Of a DNA stretch of 27,837 nt, positions 1 to 8,816 are shown one piece after another (position 1 is the first letter of the stretch; every line of letters starts with the position of its first letter). A program made the translations under genes and the position numbers. The DNA is from a virus (Duplodnaviria; Caudoviricetes). Below the pieces are notes generated by a model, which was not told the DNA's origin, did no database searches, and saw only the letters and a list, made by a program, of their open reading frames with translations. The stretch lies in IMG/VR virus record IMGVR_UViG_3300030372_000520, positions 1 to 27,837 of that record; one strand, written 5' to 3'.

Positions 1-100
1 GAAACATTAACAAGGCTTATAGAGAACGAAACGCAAAGCATAATAAGTCACAAAACAGTAGCAGGTAATTTGGACGAGATGATTTTTAAACAAAAAGAAC
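1..100. repeat. Terminal direct repeat, copy 1 (circular assembly overlap)
   Basis: 1-100 matches 27738-27837 except position 2 (A) versus 27739 (G). Confidence 0.97.
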
Positions 101-1023
101 AAGATCAAGTAAGACAAAAAAATCATCAAAACCAACAAAGAAGAAACCAAGAACAAGAAGCAGAAAGAAAACGTAACGAAGATTTACAAATAAGAGGGCA
201 AAGAAAAATGCTTGAACTTTCAAGAGATTTGGCTATACAAAATTTAGCAGATGAAGGTGCTATTGCTTTATTAAAATTACAACATCAAGAAGAAGATGAG
301 TTAGCTTCTGCTATGCAGTTTGAAAATTTTGAAATTTTAAAAACACAAATAACTGACAAATATGCTAAAATTAGAGGAGATATAGAAAAAAGAATCGGAG
401 AAGAAACTACACAAAGAAAATTAGACTTAGAGATGTCAAGACTTCAGCAGATAGGTATAGCTTTAGGGGGGCTTTCTGGTATGTTTGCAGAAGGTACAAA
501 GCAATTTAAAGCTTTAAAAATAGCTGAAGCTATGATTAATATGCAAATGGCTATTAGTAATGCAAATACTGCTTCTTTTGATATGTTTAAAGATGCTACA
601 TTTTTTGGTTACCCAGCCGCTATGGTTATGAGGGCAGCCATGATAGCAAGTGCAATAGCAACAGGAGTATCTACTATAAGAAGAATACAAGAAACACCTG
701 TACCAGAAGATTTAGTACCTGTAAGAGTTTTTGCAAGGGGTGGTGCAATAGGTGGCTATGGTACTGGTACTACTGATAATGTACCTATTTTAGCAAGTCC
801 AGGCGAGGTTGTTATAAATTCTAGGTCTGCTCAAATGTATAAACCTTTATTAAGTTCAATAAATATGGCAGGTGGTGGTGTTGGCTTTGCAGAAGGTGGA
901 CAAATAGGGGGTTACGATATGCCAGACATGTCCAACCAAATAGTGAAGGCGTATGTAGTTACAGACGAGATGACAGAAAGCCAAGACATGTTAGCTAAAA
1001 TTAGAAAACGAGCAACATTATAA
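1..1023 (+). CDS. Tail tape measure protein, C-terminal part (continues from 26862 across the junction; about 632 aa in total)
   Basis: Frame 1 is open from position 1 and in frame with the ORF starting at 26862. Coiled-coil Q/E/K-rich region, then Ala/Gly-rich helices and a duplicated FAxGGxIGG motif with 'DNVPILASPGEVVIN', typical of tape measure C-termini. The track start at 70 (TTG) is an edge artefact. Confidence 0.85.
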   Translation, partial: ETLTRLIENETQSIISHKTVAGNLDEMIFKQKEQDQVRQKNHQNQQRRNQEQEAERKRNEDLQIRGQRKMLELSRDLAIQNLADEGAIALLKLQHQEEDELASAMQFENFEILKTQITDKYAKIRGDIEKRIGEETTQRKLDLEMSRLQQIGIALGGLSGMFAEGTKQFKALKIAEAMINMQMAISNANTASFDMFKDATFFGYPAAMVMRAAMIASAIATGVSTIRRIQETPVPEDLVPVRVFARGGAIGGYGTGTTDNVPILASPGEVVINSRSAQMYKPLLSSINMAGGGVGFAEGGQIGGYDMPDMSNQIVKAYVVTDEMTESQDMLAKIRKRATL

Positions 1024-1049
1024 AACAAATTAATATAAATTATATTTAT
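1023..1049 (+). promoter_or_regulatory. Putative phage late promoter, copy 1
   Basis: AAAC(1023-1026)-N14-TATATTTAT(1041-1049), 17 nt upstream of the protease ATG. Same motif at three other structural-gene starts. Confidence 0.65.
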
Positions 1050-1066
1050 AGATAAAACATAGAATT

Positions 1067-1780
1067 ATGCCTTGTACAAAATGTGAAGACGGAAAATACA
1101 AATGGGGAATTAATGGAATGTGTGCTTATGATACTGAGCAAGAATGTATAGACGCTAACGAAGGTAGAGCAGAATACACTACTGACATAGTAGAATTGGT
1201 TATAGATGAAAAATCAGAAGATCTATCAATAGACGCTATTTCAATAGTTACAGCACCAGCAATAGAAGTTGACTTTGTTTATTTTAACAAACAAAGAGAA
1301 AACTTAACTTTAGCAAAAGTAGATAAAGACAAGAAGTTACTTGTTAGCCCAGCTTTGATTCCTAACAAACAAATTTACAGGTATGACGCTAATAAAGATA
1401 AAGAATACTATGTTTATTTTTCGCAAGAAACAGTAAAGCAAGCAAGTCAAAACTTTCTTAAATATTTCAAAAACAATAACGCTACCATAGAACATGAACA
1501 AAGAGTATCTGGTGTAAGTGTAGTAGAAAGCTGGATTGTTGAAGACCCTAAAAAAGACAAATCAAATTTATATGGTTTTAATCTACCGAAAGGCACTTGG
1601 TTCGTGACCATGAAAATCGAAAATTCAGAAGTTTGGCAATTAATCAAAGACAAGAAACTAAAAGGACTTTCAATAGAGGGCTATTTTATAGACAAAATGC
1701 AGACAATGAGCAGTGATATAAGTAACGATATATTATTGGCTTTAAATGACATAATACAAGAAGAAAATCAAACAAAATAA
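1067..1780 (+). CDS. Prohead maturation protease, XkdF-like (Peptidase_S78_2 type), with N-terminal Cys-rich extension
   Basis: Motifs 'ALIPNKQIYR', 'TIEH', 'VESWIVED', 'LPKGTW', 'KGLSIEG'. Directly upstream of scaffold and capsid genes. Confidence 0.8.
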   Translation: MPCTKCEDGKYKWGINGMCAYDTEQECIDANEGRAEYTTDIVELVIDEKSEDLSIDAISIVTAPAIEVDFVYFNKQRENLTLAKVDKDKKLLVSPALIPNKQIYRYDANKDKEYYVYFSQETVKQASQNFLKYFKNNNATIEHEQRVSGVSVVESWIVEDPKKDKSNLYGFNLPKGTWFVTMKIENSEVWQLIKDKKLKGLSIEGYFIDKMQTMSSDISNDILLALNDIIQEENQTK

Positions 1781-1796
1781 TACAACCTATATATAT
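1770..1796 (+). promoter_or_regulatory. Putative phage late promoter, copy 2, overlapping a 16-bp palindrome
   Basis: AAAC(1770-1773)-N14-TATATATAT(1788-1796), then AG-GTGTAT. ACCTATATATATAGGT (1785-1800) is a perfect palindrome. Confidence 0.6.
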
Positions 1797-1829
1797 AGGT
1801 GTATAGTATAATCTTTTAAAAAACATAAC

Positions 1830-2546
1830 ATGGACTTAAAAAATAAAATTAGAGTTGCTTTAGGTTTAGAACCTATTGAAGCTAGCGAAGAAAAAATAGA
1901 ATTTGCAGTACAAGAAACTTTAACAGACGGAACTGTTATCGTATCTGAAGCTGAGCAATTAGAACCAGGTGCTAAAGTAGATATACTTGGCGAAGATGGT
2001 GTTTTAATGCCTTTACCAGCAGGTAAATATGAAACAGAAAGTGGTGTTGGTTTTTCTGTTGAAGAAGATGGTTTTGTAGCAGAAATATATGACGACGAAG
2101 AAGTAGAAGAAGAAGTAGAAGAAGAAGAAGTTGAAGAAGTTGAAGCATCAGAAGATACAATAGAAGAAGAAATAGCAGAAGAAGTAGCAGAAGTTATAGA
2201 GGATAAAAAATATAGCTGGGGCGAAAAACTAAAAGAAGAAATAGCACAAGAAAATATAGCAAGCAAAGAAGAAATTTTAAGTGCTGTATCTGACATGCTA
2301 AAACAGTATAAAGACGATTTGTTAAAAGAGATAGCAGAACTATCTGGAACTAACGAAACTTTGAATACTGAAATTGAAAATAAAGATAATGAGATTGCAG
2401 AATTGAAAAAACAACCTGCAGTTGAAAATCTTAATACTAATAAATTTAGCTCAAATAAAGTTGAGTTTAACGAAGTTAGTAGAAGTACGTATAATAAAAT
2501 GTCGCAAAGCGAGAAATTTTTATACAATTTAAACAAAAGTAAATAA
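1830..2546 (+). CDS. Capsid scaffolding protein
   Basis: Lies between protease and capsid genes. 'PLPAGKYETESG' N-domain, very acidic poly-Glu tract (about 2090-2200), coiled-coil C-terminus. Confidence 0.75.
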   Translation: MDLKNKIRVALGLEPIEASEEKIEFAVQETLTDGTVIVSEAEQLEPGAKVDILGEDGVLMPLPAGKYETESGVGFSVEEDGFVAEIYDDEEVEEEVEEEEVEEVEASEDTIEEEIAEEVAEVIEDKKYSWGEKLKEEIAQENIASKEEILSAVSDMLKQYKDDLLKEIAELSGTNETLNTEIENKDNEIAELKKQPAVENLNTNKFSSNKVEFNEVSRSTYNKMSQSEKFLYNLNKSK

Positions 2547-2568
2547 TAATTAAATAAATTTTATAGAT

Positions 2569-3483
2569 ATGGGATTTAGTATAACATCAAACTATGCAGG
2601 AGAACATGCTGGACAGTATATTGGAGCAGCTTTGAAATCTGCAAAAAGTTTGGAATATTTAACAGTTTTAGAAAACGTTAAATTTAAAAGAAACATAACG
2701 AAAGTTGCTACATCTGGATTAATTGCTGACGCTACTTGTGACTTTGCAGACGCAGGTTCTGTTACTTTAACAGAGAGAGTTCTTAACCCTAAAGAGTTAC
2801 AAATAAACGTAGATCTTTGCAAAAAAGACTTATTAGCAGATTGGCAAGCTTCACAAATGACAGGTGGCGCTCACGATAGAGGAATGTCGGCAGATTTTAC
2901 TGCTTTTCTTTTTTCTCGTTTATCAGGAACAATAGCTGACCATGTAGAAGAAAAAATCTGGCAAGGACTTGATTCTGACGCTGGCTCTTTTACTGGCTTT
3001 ATGCACGCTGGTAACGGTCATTTTGAAAATGACGCAACAATAGTTGAAGCTGACAACGAAGGTGGTGCAGGGCAAGCTTTCACAGCAGCTAACTTGGATG
3101 ACAATTTAGTAAACATAACAGCTTCTATACCAAGTGCTGTTTATGGTAAAGAAGACTTATTTATATATATGTCTACTGCTACATACAGATTGTATTTAGA
3201 AAATCAAGCAGCTAACCAAAATCTTGCTTGGAACATGGGAGACAACTTTGTGCCTATGTACAACGGAATTAAAATAGCAGTTTGCCCAGGTATGGTTGAC
3301 AATAAAATGGCAGCAGGTCAAAAAAGTAACTTGTTCTTTGGAACTGACCTACTTTCTGACCACACTAGCATAAAAGTTTTAGACATGGGTGAATTAGACG
3401 GAAGTGACAATATAAGAGTTGTTGCGAAGTTTACTGCTGGTACACAGCATGCTCAAGGTTCTGACATAGTAAGATTAGACTAA
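2569..3483 (+). CDS. Major capsid protein (probably HK97 fold)
   Basis: 304 aa after the scaffold. Motifs 'YAGEHAG.YI', 'TLTERVLNPKELQINVDLCK', 'NLFFGTDLLSD' resemble Bacteroidota phage capsid proteins. Followed by a hairpin. Confidence 0.85.
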   Translation: MGFSITSNYAGEHAGQYIGAALKSAKSLEYLTVLENVKFKRNITKVATSGLIADATCDFADAGSVTLTERVLNPKELQINVDLCKKDLLADWQASQMTGGAHDRGMSADFTAFLFSRLSGTIADHVEEKIWQGLDSDAGSFTGFMHAGNGHFENDATIVEADNEGGAGQAFTAANLDDNLVNITASIPSAVYGKEDLFIYMSTATYRLYLENQAANQNLAWNMGDNFVPMYNGIKIAVCPGMVDNKMAAGQKSNLFFGTDLLSDHTSIKVLDMGELDGSDNIRVVAKFTAGTQHAQGSDIVRLD

Positions 3484-3507
3484 TAAAGATTAGCTAACAA
3501 GGATTAA

Positions 3508-3546
3508 AATAACCTACTGAATTAAGTAAGTAGGTTGTTACCTTTT
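3508..3546 (+). terminator. Stem-loop after capsid gene (terminator, attenuator or mRNA stabiliser)
   Basis: AATAACCTACT(3508-3518) pairs with AGTAGGTTGTT(3529-3539) with one G-U, followed by ACCTTTT. Confidence 0.6.
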
Positions 3547-3579
3547 AAAAAGAATTAATAATTTTTAAATAAAAAAAAC

Positions 3580-4131
3580 ATGGCTTGCGAACTAACAAAA
3601 GGTAGAGGTCTTGATTGCAAAATAGCAACAGGTGGAATTAAAGCTGTTTATTTTGTTCAACATGCAGACGCAACTGTAGCTACAACAGCAGGGGCGGTTA
3701 GCGATTTGGACTTAACGACAAATTTATTTAAATACACGTTGCCAAGAGGTACTGGAAGTTTTACAGAAACTATACAACCTTCTTCAGAAAATGGCACTGT
3801 GTTTTATGAGCCAAGTGTAAACATTAAGTTACATAAACTTACAGTAGGTGATAGAAACGAAATAAATTTAATAGCAGTTAATAGGTTGTTAATATTTGTT
3901 GAAACTAATGTAAAAGATGACAATGGTAAAAACAAAATCTGGTGCTTAGGTGCAGACAATGGCATGGAACTATCAGCAGGAACATCACAAACTGGTGCAG
4001 GTTTTGGAGACATGAACGGATACGATCTAACATTCACTGGTGCAGAATCTGAACCAGCATTATACGTTCAGGCTTACACAACTACTCCATTTGACAATAG
4101 TGCATTTACAGTAACAGTAGACGCTGACTAA
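3580..4131 (+). CDS. Major tail (tube) protein
   Basis: 183 aa beta-rich protein. 'MACELTKGR..DCK...GGIK.VYF', 'ENGTVFYE', 'TGAGFGDMNGYDLTF' match Bacteroidota siphophage tail tube proteins. Confidence 0.75.
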   Translation: MACELTKGRGLDCKIATGGIKAVYFVQHADATVATTAGAVSDLDLTTNLFKYTLPRGTGSFTETIQPSSENGTVFYEPSVNIKLHKLTVGDRNEINLIAVNRLLIFVETNVKDDNGKNKIWCLGADNGMELSAGTSQTGAGFGDMNGYDLTFTGAESEPALYVQAYTTTPFDNSAFTVTVDAD

Positions 4132-4153
4132 GATATTTCTACTTTTATCTAAT

Positions 4154-4191
4154 AAAAGGGCAATTAATTTAGGTTTTTTGCCCTTTTTTTT
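4154..4191 (+). terminator. Rho-independent terminator
   Basis: AAAAGGGCAA(4154-4163) and TTGCCCTTTT(4178-4187) inverted repeat running into a T tract. Confidence 0.85.
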
Positions 4192-4201
4192 GTGTTTTAC
4201 C

Positions 4202-4228
4202 AAACAAATTATAAGTTTTTATATTTAT
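4202..4228 (+). promoter_or_regulatory. Putative phage late promoter, copy 3
   Basis: AAAC(4202-4205)-N14-TATATTTAT(4220-4228)-AA-GTGT-ATG, directly after a terminator. Confidence 0.7.
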
Positions 4229-4234
4229 AAGTGT

Positions 4235-4642
4235 ATGATACATATAACACGTGGGGCTACTAATTATATTTACACAACTTTGAAAGAAAAACAAACTAAC
4301 ACAACTGGGGTTTATTATCTTTTTGAATGTGAAAATATATTAACAAAAGAAAAGAAATACTTTTTGCCAGAAAGTGTAGATGTTACTACTGACAGGTACG
4401 AAAAAATAAAAATGCAAGAAAACGATAGTGAAATACCAGCAAGTGGTAAAGTTAAACTAAAACCAAGTGGCACTTGGAAGTATACAGTTTACGAGCAAAC
4501 AAGCAGTAGTAATTTAAGCCCTACTGACGGAAGTGTAGTAGGTGTAATAGAAACAGGAATTTTGCAAGTATCTAATACTACAGAAGAAGTGACTTATAAC
4601 TTTCATACAACAACAGAAACAAATTATATACATATACCTTAA
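4235..4642 (+). CDS. Virion structural protein (possible head-closure protein)
   Basis: Start moved to ATG 4235 (MIHITRG) because the track's TTG at 4178 lies inside the terminator. Beta-rich, 'G.WKYTVYEQTSSSNLSP...VIETG'. Function inferred from context only. Confidence 0.55.
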   Translation: MIHITRGATNYIYTTLKEKQTNTTGVYYLFECENILTKEKKYFLPESVDVTTDRYEKIKMQENDSEIPASGKVKLKPSGTWKYTVYEQTSSSNLSPTDGSVVGVIETGILQVSNTTEEVTYNFHTTTETNYIHIP

Positions 4643-4652
4643 ATTTTAAAAT

Positions 4653-4928
4653 ATGCAAAGTACAAACGAACAATTAGCAGAAATGCTAGGCAAAACTTCT
4701 CAAACTATCTTTACTTCGGCGGCAGCACTTGCTTCTTGTGATTTTTATTGTGTTCACTTTCCTATTGAAACAGTAGTTACTGTTTGCAAAATAGACGGAG
4801 GTGGTAGCTCAACAACTACACTACAGCAAACTTACCCAGCAGGTACTATTTTATTTTTAAACGTAACAGCTATTACTGTGACTTCTGGTTTAGGAATAGG
4901 TTACCATACTGATACAGCAAAAGGATAA
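4653..4928 (+). CDS. Small virion protein (possible capsid decoration or spike base)
   Basis: 91 aa beta-rich, 'YPAGTILFLNVTAITVTSG', coupled to the downstream lectin-like gene. Confidence 0.45.
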   Translation: MQSTNEQLAEMLGKTSQTIFTSAAALASCDFYCVHFPIETVVTVCKIDGGGSSTTTLQQTYPAGTILFLNVTAITVTSGLGIGYHTDTAKG

Positions 4929-4929
4929 T

Positions 4930-5733
4930 ATGAGGGGAGGTTTAGGATTAAGTTTAACAAGGCAAAGAATACTTGGAGGAGGTTTTTTACCAAGCGACAT
5001 ATCTAACTTAGATTTGTGGTATGATTTTAGTACTATATCTGGTTCTAATGGTGACGCACAAGCGTCTTTTGCTAATGCTGGTTTAGGTGGTTCTGATTAT
5101 AATTTAGCACAAAGCACAGCAGGATTAAGACCAACTTTAGATACAAGCGAATTAGAGTTAAACAGTTTAGATTTTGACGGAGACAAATTTCAACTTGATA
5201 ACGCTTATTTAACAACAGGTAAAACATTTTCTATATTTGTTGTTTATGAAGTAGACGCTACTGCTGATGTAGATGTCTTTTTAGCGGGAACTACAACAGG
5301 CTCAAATCAATTTGGAGTTTACAACCACAAAAACATACTTACAAGATTTAATGCAGGAACAAGTGGCTCTTTAAATAATACTGAATACATATTAACAGAC
5401 GGTACAACGCAAGACCCTGGTTATACTGGTTCTGCAACAAGCACAACAGCTTATACCTTTACAGCAAACCCAGAAATACTTGTATTAACAAGAGGTTCAG
5501 ACAATGAAATAAGAATATACAATAAAGAAGGAGACAAAGTCGGTCTTTCTACAAGTACAACTAATAACCACGCAGACACAAACTTTCAAATAGAGTTTAT
5601 TGGGGCTTTATCTAATACAAGTAGTCCAACTAACGGCGTAATAGGTGAAATGGGAGTTTATAATAAACAACTTACATCAAGTGAAGTATCAGATTTAATA
5701 ACTCATTTGGCAGATAAATGGTCAATATCATAA
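4930..5733 (+). CDS. Concanavalin A/LamG-like lectin-domain virion protein
   Basis: 'LDLWYD', 'SLDFDGD', 'FSIFVV', 'G.IGEMGVYNKQLTSSEV...L..KW', with an N-terminal 'GLGLSL' leader seen in phage head fibre proteins. Confidence 0.7.
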   Translation: MRGGLGLSLTRQRILGGGFLPSDISNLDLWYDFSTISGSNGDAQASFANAGLGGSDYNLAQSTAGLRPTLDTSELELNSLDFDGDKFQLDNAYLTTGKTFSIFVVYEVDATADVDVFLAGTTTGSNQFGVYNHKNILTRFNAGTSGSLNNTEYILTDGTTQDPGYTGSATSTTAYTFTANPEILVLTRGSDNEIRIYNKEGDKVGLSTSTTNNHADTNFQIEFIGALSNTSSPTNGVIGEMGVYNKQLTSSEVSDLITHLADKWSIS

Positions 5734-5734
5734 T

Positions 5735-7636
5735 ATGAAAAAGAAAACAAATCTTAAAAAAAACAAACCTGTATTAAGTCCATTAATGCAAGTATTTTTA
5801 GAAAGTCAATCTGCACCTAAAATATCAGAAAAATCAGGCGACGATTGGATAAGCTACGGAGTAGGTGACTATGCTAATTTGTACCCACAGTTTTTGATAG
5901 ATCTATATAACTCAAGTTCTACACATTCTGCTATAGTTAACGCTACCAGTTCAATGATAGCTGGACAAGATATACTTATAGACGCTGACGAAACTAACGG
6001 ACAGTATGCTTTTTTAAAACAGTTTATAAATAATACTAAATTTCACGAGGTTTTTACTAAATGTGCTTTTGATCTAAAGTTACAAGGTTCTTTTGCTATT
6101 AATGTTATTTGGTCAAAAGACAGAACAAGCATAGCTGGTATGCACCATATACCAGTTGAAAAATTAAGGGTTGGCAAAATGAATGAAAAAGGGCAAATTG
6201 ATACTTTCTGGATAAGTAACGATTGGGAAAATTACAGAAAAAAAGAACATAAGCCACAACCTATACCAGCTTTTAATATGAATGATAGAACAAACCCAAA
6301 TGGTATTATATATGATGGTTTATATAGTGCTGGTTTAGATATTTACCATGCACCAGATTATAAAAGTTGTACTAACTGGATATTAACAGACGAGATGATT
6401 TCTGACTTTCACTTATCTAATATAGCTAATGGCTTTGCTCCTAGCTTTTGGATTAACTTCAATAATGGCGTACCAACAGATGAAGAACGCAGAATGATAG
6501 AAAACAAAATAGCTAAAAAGTTTACTGGTGCTAAAAACGCAGGTCGTATGGTTTTAACTTTTAGTGAAAGCAAAGAAAAAGAACCTACTTTGACACCTAT
6601 ACAATTAAGTCAAGCTGATAAACAATATACAGTATTAAATGAATTAACAGTACAAAATATAATGATAGGACATAGAGTTACTTCACCTATGTTACTTGGC
6701 GTAAAAACCGAAGGACAATTAGGTGGTAGAAATGAATTATTACAAGCACATGAATTATATAGTAATACAGTTGTAAAACCTTTTCAAAGTATATTATTAA
6801 AATGCTTTACAAAATTATTAAAAGTAAATGGCTTTCACTTACCTATTACTGTTAAACAAGCAGAACCAATTACATCTAAATTTGATACTGATATATTAAA
6901 AGAAGTATTAACAGTTGACGAAATTAGAGAGGAACTTGGCTACGAACCATTAAAAGCCCAAGAAGATACCATAGAGGACGAAAAAGAAACGAACTCTAAC
7001 CCAGACGATACTAACCTCCATAATGACAAAAAACCTCTTAAATCGTCTAAAAACGATGGCAAAGAAGTTATTAGTGAACAATTAAGCGAAAAGATATTAG
7101 ATTATTTAGAAGACAAAGGCGAAAACCAAGAAGATTTATTAGAAGAATATAACTTAGTAGATATAGAAGACGTTAAAGGCGATATACATTTAAGCAAACA
7201 AGAGTTAAAAAAAAGATTTTTTGACAGACAAGTGTCTGGTAGACCAGATTTACCAAGTGAAGAAGACAACAGTTTTGCTAGATTAAAAATTAGATATAGA
7301 TATGTACCAGCTTCTGGATTACCAGCAGTAATAAAAACTACAAGAAAGTTTTGCAGAAATATGATGAGACATACCGCTAAAGGAAGGATATTTAGATTAG
7401 AAGATATTAATGCTATGACTTTTTTTAATCAAAATAAAGAATTTGGTAGCTACGACATATTTGACTATAAAGGATCTTATAACTGTAGACATATTTGGCA
7501 AAGATTATATTTTACAAGAAAAAAGACAACAAAAGGAGAATATTTACCAGACGAAGGCATGCAGAATGAAAAAATAGTAAAAAGAGGAAGGAATGAAGAT
7601 AGACCGACAACAAAAAACCCTAAAGTAATAAAATAA
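5735..7636 (+). CDS. Portal protein with acidic linker and C-terminal Cys/His extension
   Basis: 'SSTHSAIV', 'NGFAPSFWINFNNG.P', 'KFTGAKNAG', 'IMIGHRVTSPMLLG', 'LTVDEIREELGYEPL' mark an HK97-like portal. About 220 further residues follow, including 'YKGSYNCRHIW'. Confidence 0.85.
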   Translation: MKKKTNLKKNKPVLSPLMQVFLESQSAPKISEKSGDDWISYGVGDYANLYPQFLIDLYNSSSTHSAIVNATSSMIAGQDILIDADETNGQYAFLKQFINNTKFHEVFTKCAFDLKLQGSFAINVIWSKDRTSIAGMHHIPVEKLRVGKMNEKGQIDTFWISNDWENYRKKEHKPQPIPAFNMNDRTNPNGIIYDGLYSAGLDIYHAPDYKSCTNWILTDEMISDFHLSNIANGFAPSFWINFNNGVPTDEERRMIENKIAKKFTGAKNAGRMVLTFSESKEKEPTLTPIQLSQADKQYTVLNELTVQNIMIGHRVTSPMLLGVKTEGQLGGRNELLQAHELYSNTVVKPFQSILLKCFTKLLKVNGFHLPITVKQAEPITSKFDTDILKEVLTVDEIREELGYEPLKAQEDTIEDEKETNSNPDDTNLHNDKKPLKSSKNDGKEVISEQLSEKILDYLEDKGENQEDLLEEYNLVDIEDVKGDIHLSKQELKKRFFDRQVSGRPDLPSEEDNSFARLKIRYRYVPASGLPAVIKTTRKFCRNMMRHTAKGRIFRLEDINAMTFFNQNKEFGSYDIFDYKGSYNCRHIWQRLYFTRKKTTKGEYLPDEGMQNEKIVKRGRNEDRPTTKNPKVIK

Positions 7637-8202
7637 TGGCAACAAGTATTTTTATAAGTGAAGACAAATTAAAAAGTAGCAGTACTATAAACGGTAACGT
7701 AGACGCGGAACTACTAAAACCTTATTTAAAAGTAGCACAAGATTTACATATACACCCAGTGCTTGGAACTGATTTGTATAACGCTATACAAGACGGAATA
7801 CAAAATACAAGTTTAACAGCAAACGAAACAACTTTATTAAATGATTATATAGCAGACGCTTTAACTCAGTGGACATTATACGAAGCATTACCATTTTTAA
7901 GTTATAAAATAATGAATGCAGACATAGTTAGAAAAGCAGGAGAAAATTCGCAAAGTGCTTCAAAAGACGAAATAACGTTTTTAAGGGATATAGTCAGAAA
8001 TACAGCAGAATTTTATACAAAACGTATGGTGGATTATTTAAGACATAACAACACTTTGTTTCCAGAATATACTACAAATACAAACGAAGACATGTCACCT
8101 ACTAAAGTTAGTTATACAAGTGCTATGAATATTGAAGGTACAGGTAAACGTTATGGCAAAATAACTTTAGATGACTTTTTAACACCAGATCTTAAACCAT
8201 AA
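7636..8202 (+). CDS. Putative head-tail adaptor protein
   Basis: Helical 188 aa protein coupled to the portal (TAATG). 'AQDLHIHPVLGTDLY', 'LFPEY'. Position typical of adaptors. Confidence 0.6.
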   Translation: MATSIFISEDKLKSSSTINGNVDAELLKPYLKVAQDLHIHPVLGTDLYNAIQDGIQNTSLTANETTLLNDYIADALTQWTLYEALPFLSYKIMNADIVRKAGENSQSASKDEITFLRDIVRNTAEFYTKRMVDYLRHNNTLFPEYTTNTNEDMSPTKVSYTSAMNIEGTGKRYGKITLDDFLTPDLKP

Positions 8203-8303
8203 TGAAGTATAAGCCAAAAACAAAAAACGAAACAGCTTTAAAAAGATTTTTAAATGAAAAAAAAGAAAGGGTACAAAAAGAAAAAAAAGTAATAAAAAAA
8301 TGA
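8202..8303 (+). CDS. Small basic protein, 33 aa (MKYKPKTKNETALKRFLNEKKERVQKEKKVIKK)
   Basis: Below the ORF-track cut-off. Start overlaps the upstream stop (TAATG) and stop overlaps the downstream start (ATGA). Confidence 0.55.
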   Translation: MKYKPKTKNETALKRFLNEKKERVQKEKKVIKK

Positions 8304-8653
8304 TTAGTAACACTGATATTTTGTATGCTTTAGCTGACATAATAAATCTAGAAAGCTATAACGATTACCCACAAAGTGCTACTAATAACGCTAAAAGGGC
8401 TATAAAATGGAAAGAAGAAAACGGTACTACTTGTGGTACTCGTATCGGCTGGACAAGGGCTGGACAATTAGCAAGAAAAGAAAAAATAACAAGAAAAACG
8501 ATAGCAAGAATGGCAAGTTTTAAAAGACATCAACAATATAAAGACGTACCTTATGACGAAGGTTGTGGTGGTCTGATGTGGGATGCTTGGGGCGGTACAA
8601 GTGGTATTGAGTGGGCTATAAGAAAACTAAAGCAAATTGATAAAAATGATTAA
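8300..8653 (+). CDS. Conserved phage head-associated domain protein, unknown function
   Basis: 'NNAKRAIKW...CGTRIGWTRAGQLA....TIARMASF.RH...LMWDAWGG..G..WA'. I recall this domain as a module fused to phage protease or portal proteins. Its N-terminus matches the protease C-terminus in this genome. Confidence 0.6.
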   Translation: MISNTDILYALADIINLESYNDYPQSATNNAKRAIKWKEENGTTCGTRIGWTRAGQLARKEKITRKTIARMASFKRHQQYKDVPYDEGCGGLMWDAWGGTSGIEWAIRKLKQIDKND

Positions 8654-8816
8654 CGAAGTAAAAAAAGATTTAATGCAAATAGGAGGTTTAAATAGTGGTG
8701 TTTTACTTGTTTCTTTAACAGATATAGAAATTGTTTTAAAAATATTATTATTAGTCATTACAATAGTTTATACTTTTGAAAGGTGGCGTATAGCAAGAAA
8801 AAATGGCAAGAGGTAA
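8646..8816 (+). CDS. Putative holin-like membrane protein, 56 aa
   Basis: MINEVKKDLMQIGGLNSGVLLVSLTDIEIVLKILLLVITIVYTFERWRIARKNGKR: hydrophobic segments and basic tail, upstream of the candidate lysin. Confidence 0.55.
   Translation: MINEVKKDLMQIGGLNSGVLLVSLTDIEIVLKILLLVITIVYTFERWRIARKNGKR

Noticed and set aside
1-100. Biological direct terminal repeat of the virion DNA
   Set aside because: It falls mid-gene and is a round 100 nt, so it is best explained as an assembly overlap. Real ends cannot be read from this sequence.
730-914. Duplicated FAxGGxIGGY motif in the tape measure C-terminus
   Set aside because: Ordinary feature of tape measure C-terminal regions.
1787-2536. 249-aa minus-strand ORF
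   Set aside because: Ser-rich mirror of the Glu-rich (GAA) scaffold gene, with no independent signals.
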